Virus record (IMG/VR): IMGVR_UViG_3300022924_000206 | Strand: one strand, 5' to 3' | Length of the DNA stretch: 64,000 nt | Origin: an uncultured virus (IMG/VR IMGVR_UViG_3300022924_000206) | Lineage: Duplodnaviria > Heunggongvirae > Uroviricota > Caudoviricetes | Shown here: piece by piece, positions 1 through 8,269 of the stretch | How the letters are laid out: every line of letters starts with the position of its first letter | Position numbering within the stretch: the first letter of the stretch is position 1 | Notes under the pieces: model-generated | What the model saw: the letters and a program-made list of their open reading frames with translations, nothing else | What the model was told of the DNA's origin: nothing | Database searches by the model: none | Program-made: the position numbers and the translations under genes

Positions 1-327
1 GAGACAACCTCCGAAAACCTCATTGCTCTTCAGACTCGCGATTCCATCGAAGGCAGAACAGCTGGGATCTTCGCTTCAACCGGCTACGTCGAGGGCGTCC
101 GCGTTATCTCCTACGTCACTAAGGACTCCGATGGTGGAATTCGTACCGGTTATGTTCCCGCCAAGGATTCGGTGATCTACGAGGGTGATTCAACACCGAC
201 TCTTGAAACTCATCACTGGAAGCGTGAAAACGGGTGGATTGCCCCTTGGGCAGCTTCAAGGGCTGAAACCTACACGATTAACGTTCCCGAGGGAAGTGTC
301 GTGGAGTCGTTCGAGGTTGCTCCGTAA
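1..327 (+). CDS. 3' part of a hypothetical phage protein (paralog of the split gene at 15894-16405)
   Basis: Frame 1 open from base 1 to TAA 325-327 (ETTSENLIALQ...YTINVPEGSVVESFEVAP); followed by a terminator. Confidence 0.75.
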   Translation, partial: ETTSENLIALQTRDSIEGRTAGIFASTGYVEGVRVISYVTKDSDGGIRTGYVPAKDSVIYEGDSTPTLETHHWKRENGWIAPWAASRAETYTINVPEGSVVESFEVAP

Positions 328-331
328 AACA

Positions 332-378
332 AAACTAAGAAAGCCTGGGATGTAAGTTGTCCCAGGCTTTCTTAGTTT
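332..378. terminator. Bidirectional intrinsic terminator
   Basis: AAACTAAGAAAGCCTGGGA / TCCCAGGCTTTCTTAGTTT inverted repeat between convergent genes. Confidence 0.85.
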
Positions 379-856
379 AATCCTCTTTCAGGAAGTCCTC
401 TAGCTTTTTCCAGGTTTCAAGCATGGTTCCTTCACCGAGTACATCCTCAGCTTTGACATTACCGTGGAGTATCTCCGGCCCGCGAGATAAAAAGGCTTGC
501 ACCCAGATTGCGAAAAACTCAGAGGCTTGAAGAACCTTGCCGTCGATCTCTGGTTTCAGGCTAGCCCGTAAGGTACCGGTCACAAAACGGGAGGCTAGCA
601 TATTGATTGCTTTAGGATTTAGTTTCCTTTTCGCCACGAATATCTCGGCCACCTCGAGTTGCATGGAATCACAGATGTTACAGCGATGGTACTTCAAGCT
701 ATGGAGTAGTTCTCTTCCTAAAACCGACTGAACAAATGAAATGCCTTTTTGAATCAGTAAAACCTGATCCTCCGGAGACCGATCGAAACGATAGGGCTCA
801 CCCTCTAAATATAGCTCCGTGAGGTCGTTCACGTCCATCCCGAAGATCTTTTCCAT
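377..856 (-). CDS. Hypothetical protein (leaderless)
   Basis: 159-aa ORF; TGGTACCAT-N6-ATG upstream. Confidence 0.75.
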   Translation of the reverse strand: MEKIFGMDVNDLTELYLEGEPYRFDRSPEDQVLLIQKGISFVQSVLGRELLHSLKYHRCNICDSMQLEVAEIFVAKRKLNPKAINMLASRFVTGTLRASLKPEIDGKVLQASEFFAIWVQAFLSRGPEILHGNVKAEDVLGEGTMLETWKKLEDFLKED

Positions 857-1053
857 GAACCTATGGTACCAAAACTCATGGAGACAAGGCTAGCTTCTCT
901 TTGTTTTATTGTGAGGAAACTCTTGTTCTTAAATTTTTAAAAGGGTTTCTTAACCCCTCCCCTTACCTTCACAAGTATTATGATCTATGCCAAGTACGGA
1001 TCTCCTTCTATGCCAAGTATAAATTGGTCATTTTCAGCCACACCCGTAAAAGA

Positions 1054-1091
1054 CGAGAGGCCCGCAACCAAATCTGGTTGCGGGCCTCTCG
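1054..1091. terminator. Hairpin terminator
   Basis: CGAGAGGCCCGCAACCA-AATC-TGGTTGCGGGCCTCTCG perfect stem just past the stop of the 1101 gene. Confidence 0.75.
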
Positions 1092-1100
1092 CAAGGACTT

Positions 1101-1733
1101 TTAGCGGGTTGTCTTACTATAGAGCAGATTGTATTTGGCTAAGAACTGGTAGTGCTTCATAACACTAGGCATCTCATTCACATGCTCCCGAATGAGGTCA
1201 TCGGCGAGCACTAGGCGGGAGAACCATTCAACATTGTCAGAGAACTTCGAATAGTATTCGTGCTCTTTTTCACGTTTAGTCGGCTTGAAAATCCTATGAT
1301 CCTGAAACGCTGAAATGGCGTTCTTGGGGTTATAGATGTAACTAGCAACATCCACGAACCATGCGGAGCGGCGATCTTTCTCGGTGGTCAAATCGTAAAG
1401 GAATTGGGAGAATTCCTTATCCTCTGCCACGAAGGTATACACGTTGGAGAAATCAACTAGGAATTGGGAGCGCTGTAGGAGCTTCCTCAAGAGAGCCGGC
1501 TTACCTTCAGTATCGAGGATACCTTTCATCTTCCAAAGGATTTCGTCCCAGTAGTAGGCGTTTGGCCCCTCGAAAGCGTAGCGCTCATATTTCTTACGGA
1601 GGTCTTCATCCGGGATAGTCTCGCTACGTTTTAGCTCTACCGGACTAAGAGCTTGAGGAAGAATAGTTTCACGAAGAGCTTTAGTTATTCCTTCATCGTA
1701 ATCAAAATCCTCAGAAGTTACTTCATCACTCAT
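1101..1733 (-). CDS. Hypothetical protein
   Basis: Long ORF; start moved to MSDEVT behind GGAGGAGG. Confidence 0.75.
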   Translation of the reverse strand: MSDEVTSEDFDYDEGITKALRETILPQALSPVELKRSETIPDEDLRKKYERYAFEGPNAYYWDEILWKMKGILDTEGKPALLRKLLQRSQFLVDFSNVYTFVAEDKEFSQFLYDLTTEKDRRSAWFVDVASYIYNPKNAISAFQDHRIFKPTKREKEHEYYSKFSDNVEWFSRLVLADDLIREHVNEMPSVMKHYQFLAKYNLLYSKTTR

Positions 1734-2007
1734 AATTTTCTTCCTCCTCCGGCTGTTCAATAATTGGTCGAGGCCTAACAGTATGTCCGCTGACCCAATC
1801 CTCTATAACTTGGAATGCTTCCGGTTCCGCCTCTTTATTAACGGTAACCTTTGAATTGTTCGGATCTCCACTTGATAAGTGAAGAACATAATTTATAGAA
1901 GGGCCGAAAACTGTCTCGTATTCGAGTAAAGAGAACTTCACAACATACTCAAGGTTAACTGAATCCTGCTTAGTTCGCACTAAAGAACGCACTCGAAACC
2001 TTTCCAT
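1726..2007 (-). CDS. Hypothetical protein
   Basis: 93-aa ORF coupled to the downstream gene. Confidence 0.65.
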   Translation of the reverse strand: MERFRVRSLVRTKQDSVNLEYVVKFSLLEYETVFGPSINYVLHLSSGDPNNSKVTVNKEAEPEAFQVIEDWVSGHTVRPRPIIEQPEEEENYE

Positions 2008-2106
2008 AAAATAATTCAGGGAATCATAACTAAAAGACTAGGAAAAGGTTGCACATGCTGAAATAGAGCCACACTAACTAAAGTGCGACTCTATTTCGAA
2101 GTTGGT

Positions 2107-2613
2107 TTAGTACTCGTCGCCGTAGTCCGGCTCAGGCCACTCGACAACGGTCTCGTTGTACTGCTCCTGGGCCAGCTTGTAAACGGCGGTCACCTCGGGG
2201 AAGACCACGAGCCCCGCGTCATCCAGGTCCTGGACGATAACCGCGAAGTTGGCGTCATTGAAGAAGGTGCCCTGGTAGGGGATCACCGAGGTGTCCGAGG
2301 CGTAGCGGTGGCTCTCGCGACCCTGCTCATCCTTGTAGAAGATCACCGGCGCGGTCTTCGTTGCCCACTCCTCCTGGCTGAGGTTCGTGAGGCTGGAGTG
2401 CAGCGAGTTGAATGAAGCCTCCTCCACCTTGACGATCTCAGCGTAATAGCCCTGAGCGTAGATCTTGTGGTCTCGGAAATCGGCATCCGAGTTGAGATTG
2501 GGTACGTGGCCGAAGATGACCTTAGTCCCGGGGGTGAGGCGTGAGATGTCCTTCACGTGGAAGGGCTGAAGCTCATCGAGGAAACGGACGGAAGAGGTTT
2601 CAAGATTTGTCAT
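2107..2613 (-). CDS. Hypothetical protein (leaderless, high GC3)
   Basis: TGTCATAAT-N6-ATG gives start MTNLETS; strong codon bias. Confidence 0.75.
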   Translation of the reverse strand: MTNLETSSVRFLDELQPFHVKDISRLTPGTKVIFGHVPNLNSDADFRDHKIYAQGYYAEIVKVEEASFNSLHSSLTNLSQEEWATKTAPVIFYKDEQGRESHRYASDTSVIPYQGTFFNDANFAVIVQDLDDAGLVVFPEVTAVYKLAQEQYNETVVEWPEPDYGDEY

Positions 2614-2713
2614 AGTTAAATTATGACACGAGTTAATAGCCAGCGCAACCAAAACTAAAAATTGGTACGATATTTATGTAGACTTCACTAAGTAATGGCC
2701 CAGGAGCATTTCC

Positions 2714-3160
2714 ATGAACAAAATTACTAAAACCACCGCAGCTGCCGTGGTACTCATTGTGGGATTATCTTTAGCCGGCTGTTCAACAACTTCTGAAGAG
2801 CCCAAAAAGAGCCCAGCTCCCACGAGCGAAACAACTGAAGCTCCGGCTACCGAAACTCCTTCCGATGTGGGGGAAAGCACCGGATTCGCTCCCATCGAAC
2901 TCGTACCAGCTGACATTGAAGATGGCTCCACAATCGACCTAAAAAGAGGCGACTGGATTTATCTCGTCGTGGAAGGTGATCCGAGTCTTTGGAAGGGAAG
3001 CTCAAGTAACACAGTTGTTGCCGAATTTGTTTCGGGTGGTCTCGTAGATGAGGTTATCTACAATCCGGGTATCAGTGCACTAACTGCGGGAGAAGCAACA
3101 ATCTCCCTAACGGATCCTGACGGAAACACTAAGGAATTCACTCTTAGCATCACAGAGTAA
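2714..3160 (+). CDS. Lipoprotein
   Basis: Signal peptide with LAGC lipobox, Thr/Pro linker, beta-rich C-terminal domain; AGGAG RBS. Confidence 0.8.
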   Translation: MNKITKTTAAAVVLIVGLSLAGCSTTSEEPKKSPAPTSETTEAPATETPSDVGESTGFAPIELVPADIEDGSTIDLKRGDWIYLVVEGDPSLWKGSSSNTVVAEFVSGGLVDEVIYNPGISALTAGEATISLTDPDGNTKEFTLSITE

Positions 3161-3173
3161 AGCTCCTACCACG

Positions 3174-3212
3174 CGAAATAGCCTGCGAAATTTTCATTCG
3201 CAGGCTATTTCG
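3174..3212. terminator. Bidirectional terminator
   Basis: CGAAATAGCCTGCGAA / TTCGCAGGCTATTTCG. Confidence 0.8.
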
Positions 3213-3225
3213 TTTAAGCTGTGAG

Positions 3226-3792
3226 TTAGTTAGCTCGCAGTATTTCTTCAGCCTGCTGAAGCAGGTAAAGTCGGAATTCCTTCTCCTGAGCAATCCCATC
3301 CGTATCTCCGCCTTTTACGGGATACACTCGAAGTTCTCCCGGTTGAGCCGGAGGTCGCCGAGCATCAATTTCAGCATGCCAAGCAGCCTGTTCCTCTAGG
3401 AAAGCTTCCGTGTGTTGCACGGCCATTTGCTGGTAAACCACCGGAGTTCCGACTAGTTCATGGTCCGGACGGTAGATGTGCTGATTGATTTCTTTCTCGT
3501 CACCGATGGTCTCAGTCACTAGAAGTTCAACCTGCTCGTGGGTGCTCATGTTATGAAGCGAGTGAACGTAGACCACATGGAAAGCCGTCTGAATGTCAGG
3601 GAGTTCCCAGGATGCTTGGTAGCTGTTCACCTGAGGCCCGGGAGTAATCTCCTTAGTAAACCAGTTGAACGTGCTGAGCTCAATCGGCTTTTGCTGCCCG
3701 TAGGTGAGGGCTAAAACTTTCAGCAGAGCATAGGTTTCTTCATCGAGCTCCTGAATTCCGTTGTGGTAATAAGGGATATCTTCGTGGGTCAT
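3226..3792 (-). CDS. Hypothetical protein
   Basis: 188-aa ORF, ATGA overlap with the upstream gene. Confidence 0.7.
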   Translation of the reverse strand: MTHEDIPYYHNGIQELDEETYALLKVLALTYGQQKPIELSTFNWFTKEITPGPQVNSYQASWELPDIQTAFHVVYVHSLHNMSTHEQVELLVTETIGDEKEINQHIYRPDHELVGTPVVYQQMAVQHTEAFLEEQAAWHAEIDARRPPAQPGELRVYPVKGGDTDGIAQEKEFRLYLLQQAEEILRAN

Positions 3793-4370
3793 GCCGATTC
3801 ACCTGCTTCTTCTATGGGGAGTTCTAGATACTGGAATTTCATGGTTGCGAGATACGCTTTAGTACTATCCGGAGTTACCAGAATTCCGAGCTCTCTCGTG
3901 AGGGCTTGATGCCAGAAAAGTCGGTCGGGCTCTAGCTCATAGCTGTAATCACATTCACGAATTATCTGCTGAGCGATGGTGGAAGCCATCGCAGAGTGCT
4001 CAGTCGCCTCGATTAGCTCCGTAACCGTTCCCATGAGAACCTCTGCTCCGTAGAGCGGTGCATGTTTACGCCAGGCAGCTACTGCTCTTGCGATGTTCAC
4101 ACTATCCGGAACACTGGGATCTCCCGTGTGGTTGTAATCGTGATAGAGCCCCGCTATAAGGAGACTCGGAGCCATGTTACTGTGCTTGAAGATTTTCGTT
4201 GCGAGTCTATGGGCATGGAGACCCACAACCGCTAAATGTTGCTGCCCATGATAAGGGTTTTTGGCTCCGCTATTTTCACTAAGCCAAGCGTTGTAGAGCT
4301 CCCGAAGCCCATAATTACGCAGCTGAGTTTCTACTCGTAAAAGTCTGCCGCGGTCAACTTCCGAAACCAT
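3789..4370 (-). CDS. HD-superfamily phosphohydrolase (cyclic-nucleotide phosphodiesterase-like)
   Basis: NPYHxxxH ... LLIAGLYHDYNHTG ... IIRECDYS motifs. Confidence 0.75.
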   Translation of the reverse strand: MVSEVDRGRLLRVETQLRNYGLRELYNAWLSENSGAKNPYHGQQHLAVVGLHAHRLATKIFKHSNMAPSLLIAGLYHDYNHTGDPSVPDSVNIARAVAAWRKHAPLYGAEVLMGTVTELIEATEHSAMASTIAQQIIRECDYSYELEPDRLFWHQALTRELGILVTPDSTKAYLATMKFQYLELPIEEAGESA

Positions 4371-4665
4371 GGGTCACCCCCAGTTCAGCACGAAGGCGGA
4401 AAATCTCGTCCACGAGTGCTCTACAAACGTCATTGAGTGACCAGCCGGTACCCAACATTTCCACGACACCATCAAGCTCTAGGCCTTCCTCTTGATTGCT
4501 GAGGAATTCGAGAAATTTGCTCACGGTAAACCCGCCGCCTTCCACGTAGGGATTTCCATCGTCATCAATGGAAAGACTTGAGTTCAAAGATTCCCGTAGG
4601 ATACTCAAAGTCACATCATCGAGAGGAAATATCTCCGAGTTTTGGGCTGGCTCGTCTGTGGTCAT
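4354..4665 (-). CDS. Hypothetical protein
   Basis: Start moved to MTTDEPAQ to avoid overlap with the 4676 gene. Confidence 0.65.
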   Translation of the reverse strand: MTTDEPAQNSEIFPLDDVTLSILRESLNSSLSIDDDGNPYVEGGGFTVSKFLEFLSNQEEGLELDGVVEMLGTGWSLNDVCRALVDEIFRLRAELGVTHGFGS

Positions 4666-4675
4666 GTGGTGCCTA

Positions 4676-4942
4676 TCAGCTGAAGTGACCCTGGAAACTG
4701 GTCTCAGTGAAGTAGGTGTAAATCCCGACGGTGGCGCGATCCACCGAAGCGATGTCAATCTTATTGAAACCATCTTTACGGAGTTCGGCCTCCGTCTCGC
4801 CGGCGAGTTCTTCCACCTGAGTAACTAGCTTGCCAGGACGCTCAGGATGCGGAACAGCGATTACCGAAGCTCCTCGCCAGGGCTCATCTGCGTTCGGGCG
4901 GAGTAATACAAGGGTACCAGTGCGCTTTGTTTCAGTCGTCAT
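4676..4942 (-). CDS. Hypothetical protein (leaderless)
   Basis: TAGAAT-N6-ATG upstream. Confidence 0.7.
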   Translation of the reverse strand: MTTETKRTGTLVLLRPNADEPWRGASVIAVPHPERPGKLVTQVEELAGETEAELRKDGFNKIDIASVDRATVGIYTYFTETSFQGHFS

Positions 4943-5031
4943 GGAGTCATTCTACACGAAATATTCAAGAAATTCAATAGGCCCATAAGAGGCATCGGCT
5001 ATAGTTCAATCCGAATGGAGAAGAATAGCTC

Positions 5032-5457
5032 TTAACTCTCGAGATTAAAACCGAAGATTGCCCTAAGCTCACTAAGGATCAGTTCTTCATGAGCTGGCTC
5101 TAAAGCAGTTCGTGGGCGTGGATCATCCCAAGGACTTTTAGTCGGAAGCGGCTCGTTTTGCGGCTTCCGTGGAATCAAATGTGCGTGGACATGAGATTCA
5201 GTGTTGCCTAGAATAGCAACATTGACCCGCGGTGCTCCCGTATACTCTTTCAAACGCCAAACAGTTTGCTGAATGTCATCCATAAATAGAGACGAGAGCT
5301 CCACAGGAATTTCATCCAGCTGATCGAAGTGTTGGTCGAGCCGAAGAATGGTTCTTCCTGGGAAACGACTATCCGAATAGAGGCCCAGAGTACTCACGCT
5401 GAGAGCCCCGTAAGGATTCCAAAGTGCAAATCCACATGAAGAGCATGGAGTAGTCAT
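5032..5457 (-). CDS. HIT-family nucleotide hydrolase
   Basis: N-terminal CxxC, FPGR, NVAILGN..SHVHAHLIPR histidine triad. Confidence 0.9.
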   Translation of the reverse strand: MTTPCSSCGFALWNPYGALSVSTLGLYSDSRFPGRTILRLDQHFDQLDEIPVELSSLFMDDIQQTVWRLKEYTGAPRVNVAILGNTESHVHAHLIPRKPQNEPLPTKSPWDDPRPRTALEPAHEELILSELRAIFGFNLES

Positions 5458-5493
5458 ACGGAATAATATCAATTTTCCAATGACTACATCGCT

Positions 5494-5841
5494 TTAGCTA
5501 CGGATAAGTGTTTCTCCGGTCGAAGCGGAAATAGCGTCAAGAATCAGCTCAGGGATCAGCTCGAGGCTCAGACGGTTGTACTCCGTGGAGGAGTAGTAAT
5601 CCTGACCGAAAGCGCTGCGGCACTGGCCTTCGGTGCTCAGCGATGCAAGCTTGATTCGCTGATGAATCGTAGTTCCCTTTTCGCTAATGATCTCAGTCAC
5701 CTCGAGACCCCAGTAGGCGATGAGCTGCGGCTCAACGGCCGGCTCAATGGAGAAGCTTCGAACGTCGGTGAACTCACCGCTGTAATTGCGGGTGGTACGC
5801 TGAAGAGTGATTGCTGTGCTCAAAGGTGTTGTCGTATCCAT
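5494..5841 (-). CDS. Hypothetical protein
   Basis: ORF; likely start MDTTTP behind TGATAGTGT -10. Confidence 0.65.
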   Translation of the reverse strand: MDTTTPLSTAITLQRTTRNYSGEFTDVRSFSIEPAVEPQLIAYWGLEVTEIISEKGTTIHQRIKLASLSTEGQCRSAFGQDYYSSTEYNRLSLELIPELILDAISASTGETLIRS

Positions 5842-6024
5842 AGAGCTCACACTATCATAGAGCTTCATCGAAATCAATTATAAGCCCATGTATTCCATAA
5901 GCTTCGGTAGAATACAAATAGGTATCTTAGTAAAAGCTACCAGTTTAGCGAATCAGCGAGAGTTTGTCGACTCTTCCGCGATAGAACAGCTAACCAACCT
6001 CTCACGCTCTATAAGGAGTAAACC

Positions 6025-6792
6025 ATGACAAATCCAGATTACACAGCCGTTGTGCTCGTGGTGGACCGTTCCGGGTCCATGAACAGAATTGCCTCAACCG
6101 TACAAGATGCTCTAGAAGAATTCGTAAATGCACAGCTTCAGGAGCCTGGTAAACTAACCATTGATACCGTTTTCTTCGATGACCAGGTGGAGAACAGAGC
6201 GGTTTTCGTCAACCCAGCAGAGGTCAAGCTTGACCTTACTCTGAATCCTCGCGGTATGACTGCACTAAGCGATGCCGTCGGAACTAAAATTGAGACTTTT
6301 GGTCAGGCCCTCTCAAGTCTTTCGGAGGATGAACGTCCTCACAAAGTTATCTTCGTCATCGCAACAGACGGAATAGAGAACGCATCTAAAGAGTTCACTA
6401 AAGCTGACGTTGCTGAGAAAATTCAGCACCAGCGTGACACTTACGGATGGGATTTCACTTTCATCGGTGCCAACCAGGACGCAATCCTTGCCGCTCAGGA
6501 CTTCAATATCCCCATGGGCTCAGCAATCACTTTCAACGCAAATGATGGTGGAACTGAATCCGTATTGCGTTCCATGAGCACCTATGTTTCCGCATCCCGT
6601 CAAGGTTTCGCAGCTGGCTACTCAGCAGAGGACCGTATCGCCGCCGTAGCTCCGAATGCTGCTCCTTCTCAGGCTAGAGTGAAGCGTAACGTGGCGCCCA
6701 AGACCGCTGTCGTAGCTAAGGCTCCCACCGCTCCAAAAGCGTCAGCTAAGCCACGCACTCCGAGAAAGAAAGCCGATGGCGAAAAAGCCTAA
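6025..6792 (+). CDS. vWA domain protein with Ala/Lys/Pro-rich tail
   Basis: DRSGSM MIDAS, RGMTALSDA, TDGIENAS, FIGANQDA; AAGGAG RBS. Confidence 0.9.
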   Translation: MTNPDYTAVVLVVDRSGSMNRIASTVQDALEEFVNAQLQEPGKLTIDTVFFDDQVENRAVFVNPAEVKLDLTLNPRGMTALSDAVGTKIETFGQALSSLSEDERPHKVIFVIATDGIENASKEFTKADVAEKIQHQRDTYGWDFTFIGANQDAILAAQDFNIPMGSAITFNANDGGTESVLRSMSTYVSASRQGFAAGYSAEDRIAAVAPNAAPSQARVKRNVAPKTAVVAKAPTAPKASAKPRTPRKKADGEKA

Positions 6793-6928
6793 GAAAGCTA
6801 TTGTAAGGAATTCAACCTCCCCTCATATGCTCATCACAGGAGTCGGCGGTGGAGGAAAGATCGTGTCTTTGAATTCCAGTAAAGCTTCAAAAATACTCGA
6901 TCCGTTGAAATTACATAGAACAAAGTAA
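6776..6928 (+). CDS. 50-aa Walker-A-like micro-protein
   Basis: Hand-translated MAKKPKKAIVRNSTSPHMLITGVGGGGKIVSLNSSKASKILDPLKLHRTK; overlaps the vWA stop and is followed by a hairpin. Confidence 0.55.
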   Translation: MAKKPKKAIVRNSTSPHMLITGVGGGGKIVSLNSSKASKILDPLKLHRTK

Positions 6929-6934
6929 AAATGC

Positions 6935-6966
6935 TGTGGGGAATCCTAATCACGGGATTCCCCACA
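6935..6966. terminator. Hairpin
   Basis: TGTGGGGAATCC / GGATTCCCCACA. Confidence 0.7.
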
Positions 6967-7002
6967 ATGGTATAAAGAACGTACATCTGAAAGGTAGATT
7001 CC

Positions 7003-7152
7003 ATGAGCTCTAAACGTAAACTTCCTAAACAGAAAAGTCAAATTTTTATCACCGGTAAACCGGGTGTGGGAAAAAATTTTGGAGCTATAGCTGCCGCTAT
7101 TAGAGCTCAGCAAACCGGCGAGAAGTTCATTTGGCTTGATCCAAAGAGATGA
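7003..7152 (+). CDS. 49-aa Walker-A micro-protein
   Basis: Hand-translated MSSKRKLPKQKSQIFITGKPGVGKNFGAIAAAIRAQQTGEKFIWLDPKR; GAAAGG RBS. Confidence 0.65.
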   Translation: MSSKRKLPKQKSQIFITGKPGVGKNFGAIAAAIRAQQTGEKFIWLDPKR

Positions 7153-7183
7153 TTAGAAAGTCTTCTGAATTAAGAGGAGAATC

Positions 7184-7780
7184 ATGGCTGTTTATCATGT
7201 GAACAACAATGGCGAGCCGGGCGTCTGTGTTGCCGCTCAAGGCAATTGCCGTTTCGGTAGTGAAAGCGAACATTTCGCCAGCGCTGAAGATGCTCGTGGC
7301 TCCTACGAGGCCAAAATGGCTAATCTCACTTTCAAACTCTCCCCCGCTAAGATCAAAAGAGCCGCGGCGAAAGTCACCGCCATCCGTGCAGAGGTTAGTG
7401 AACTTTATGAGAGAGTGAAATATCCTAGTCCTGCGAATCCTGAACTTGTGGAAATATTGACAAGACTTAGAGCAGCCGATGAAGAGCTCTTACGTGCGGA
7501 ATACCCGATTCCGAAGGACTGGACTCCGAGGGAGAACTACTTCGGTGGCACCGTGTTCTTAGCCAAAGGTGCGAAGATGGGGCCAAATGGAAGTCCGCTA
7601 CAGATCACCGGCCGTAAACCCTCCTATGGGGATAAGAATGGACCCGAACGAGGACTTTATGTTCAGACCTCTGCCGGCGTCAATGTTGGCAACGGACCTT
7701 ACGCTACAGTGGAAGAGGCAGCTAACGCTGTTGTGAATTATTCAGGAAGAAATAGTCCCGGTCCAATTGGATGGGATTGA
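7184..7780 (+). CDS. Protein with the shared YH..G..C.A..C..H N-terminal module
   Basis: MAVYHVNNNGEPGVCVAAQGNCRFG..HF; GAGGAG RBS. Confidence 0.8.
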   Translation: MAVYHVNNNGEPGVCVAAQGNCRFGSESEHFASAEDARGSYEAKMANLTFKLSPAKIKRAAAKVTAIRAEVSELYERVKYPSPANPELVEILTRLRAADEELLRAEYPIPKDWTPRENYFGGTVFLAKGAKMGPNGSPLQITGRKPSYGDKNGPERGLYVQTSAGVNVGNGPYATVEEAANAVVNYSGRNSPGPIGWD

Positions 7781-7796
7781 TTCTGCCTTCACTACA

Positions 7797-7805
7797 TGTT
7801 AGGAT
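7797..7805 (+). promoter_or_regulatory. Extended -10 promoter for the ncRNA
   Basis: TGTTAGGAT, 6 nt before the G at 7812; same geometry as the leaderless promoters in this window. Confidence 0.6.
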
Positions 7806-7811
7806 AGTCTC

Positions 7812-8062
7812 GATCCGCTAGAGAGGAATCTCTACCGGACGGAAGCAGAGTGAGAGAACCCCACCTGTGGAAGCATACAACTTCAGAGCTCGATAGGGAG
7901 CGCACTCGCAAAAGATTTACCCAGCGAACTGCAGCCGATTCAAGGTAATCGAAACTGCCATCAGAGTGACGTGAATTGTCGGATGCCGTTAGGCCCTGAG
8001 TGTATCGCCGTTGAATGTTCGCACGAAAAGAAAGGGGAGGAAACTAAGTTTCCTCCCCTTTC
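7812..8062 (+). ncRNA. Structured ~250-nt RNA, Ms1/6S-like candidate
   Basis: No credible ORF; 5' hairpin, long-range pairings forming an irregular rod, perfect 15-bp terminal hairpin. Confidence 0.7.
8030..8062. terminator. Terminator of the ncRNA
   Basis: GAAAGGGGAGGAAAC-TAA-GTTTCCTCCCCTTTC. Confidence 0.85.
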
Positions 8063-8115
8063 GGGTAGAGATTGGTACCATATACTCGTAACCCCTTGGA
8101 CTCTAGGAGAAAATC

Positions 8116-8268
8116 ATGGCTACTTGTCATTGCGATGGCCCCGCTCATTCATATGATCCAAGCTGGTGCGGAGCCGGTCGGGGAGATAACGGTAAACCAA
8201 TCGCCGGTGCGGGAGCGCCCGGTACCACGGTCACCGTGACAACCACCGTTACAGTCACCACTCGGTAA
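8116..8268 (+). CDS. 50-aa Cys/His peptide with alternating Thr/Val tail
   Basis: MATCHCDGPAHSYDPSWCGAGRGDNGKPIAGAGAPGTTVTVTTTVTVTTR; AGGAG RBS and TGGTACCAT -10 upstream. Confidence 0.7.
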   Translation: MATCHCDGPAHSYDPSWCGAGRGDNGKPIAGAGAPGTTVTVTTTVTVTTR

Positions 8269-8269
8269 A

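Noticed and set aside
7971..8156. 61-aa ORF overlapping the ncRNA
   Set aside because: It runs through a perfect terminator hairpin, has no RBS and overlaps the better-supported 8116 ORF in another frame.
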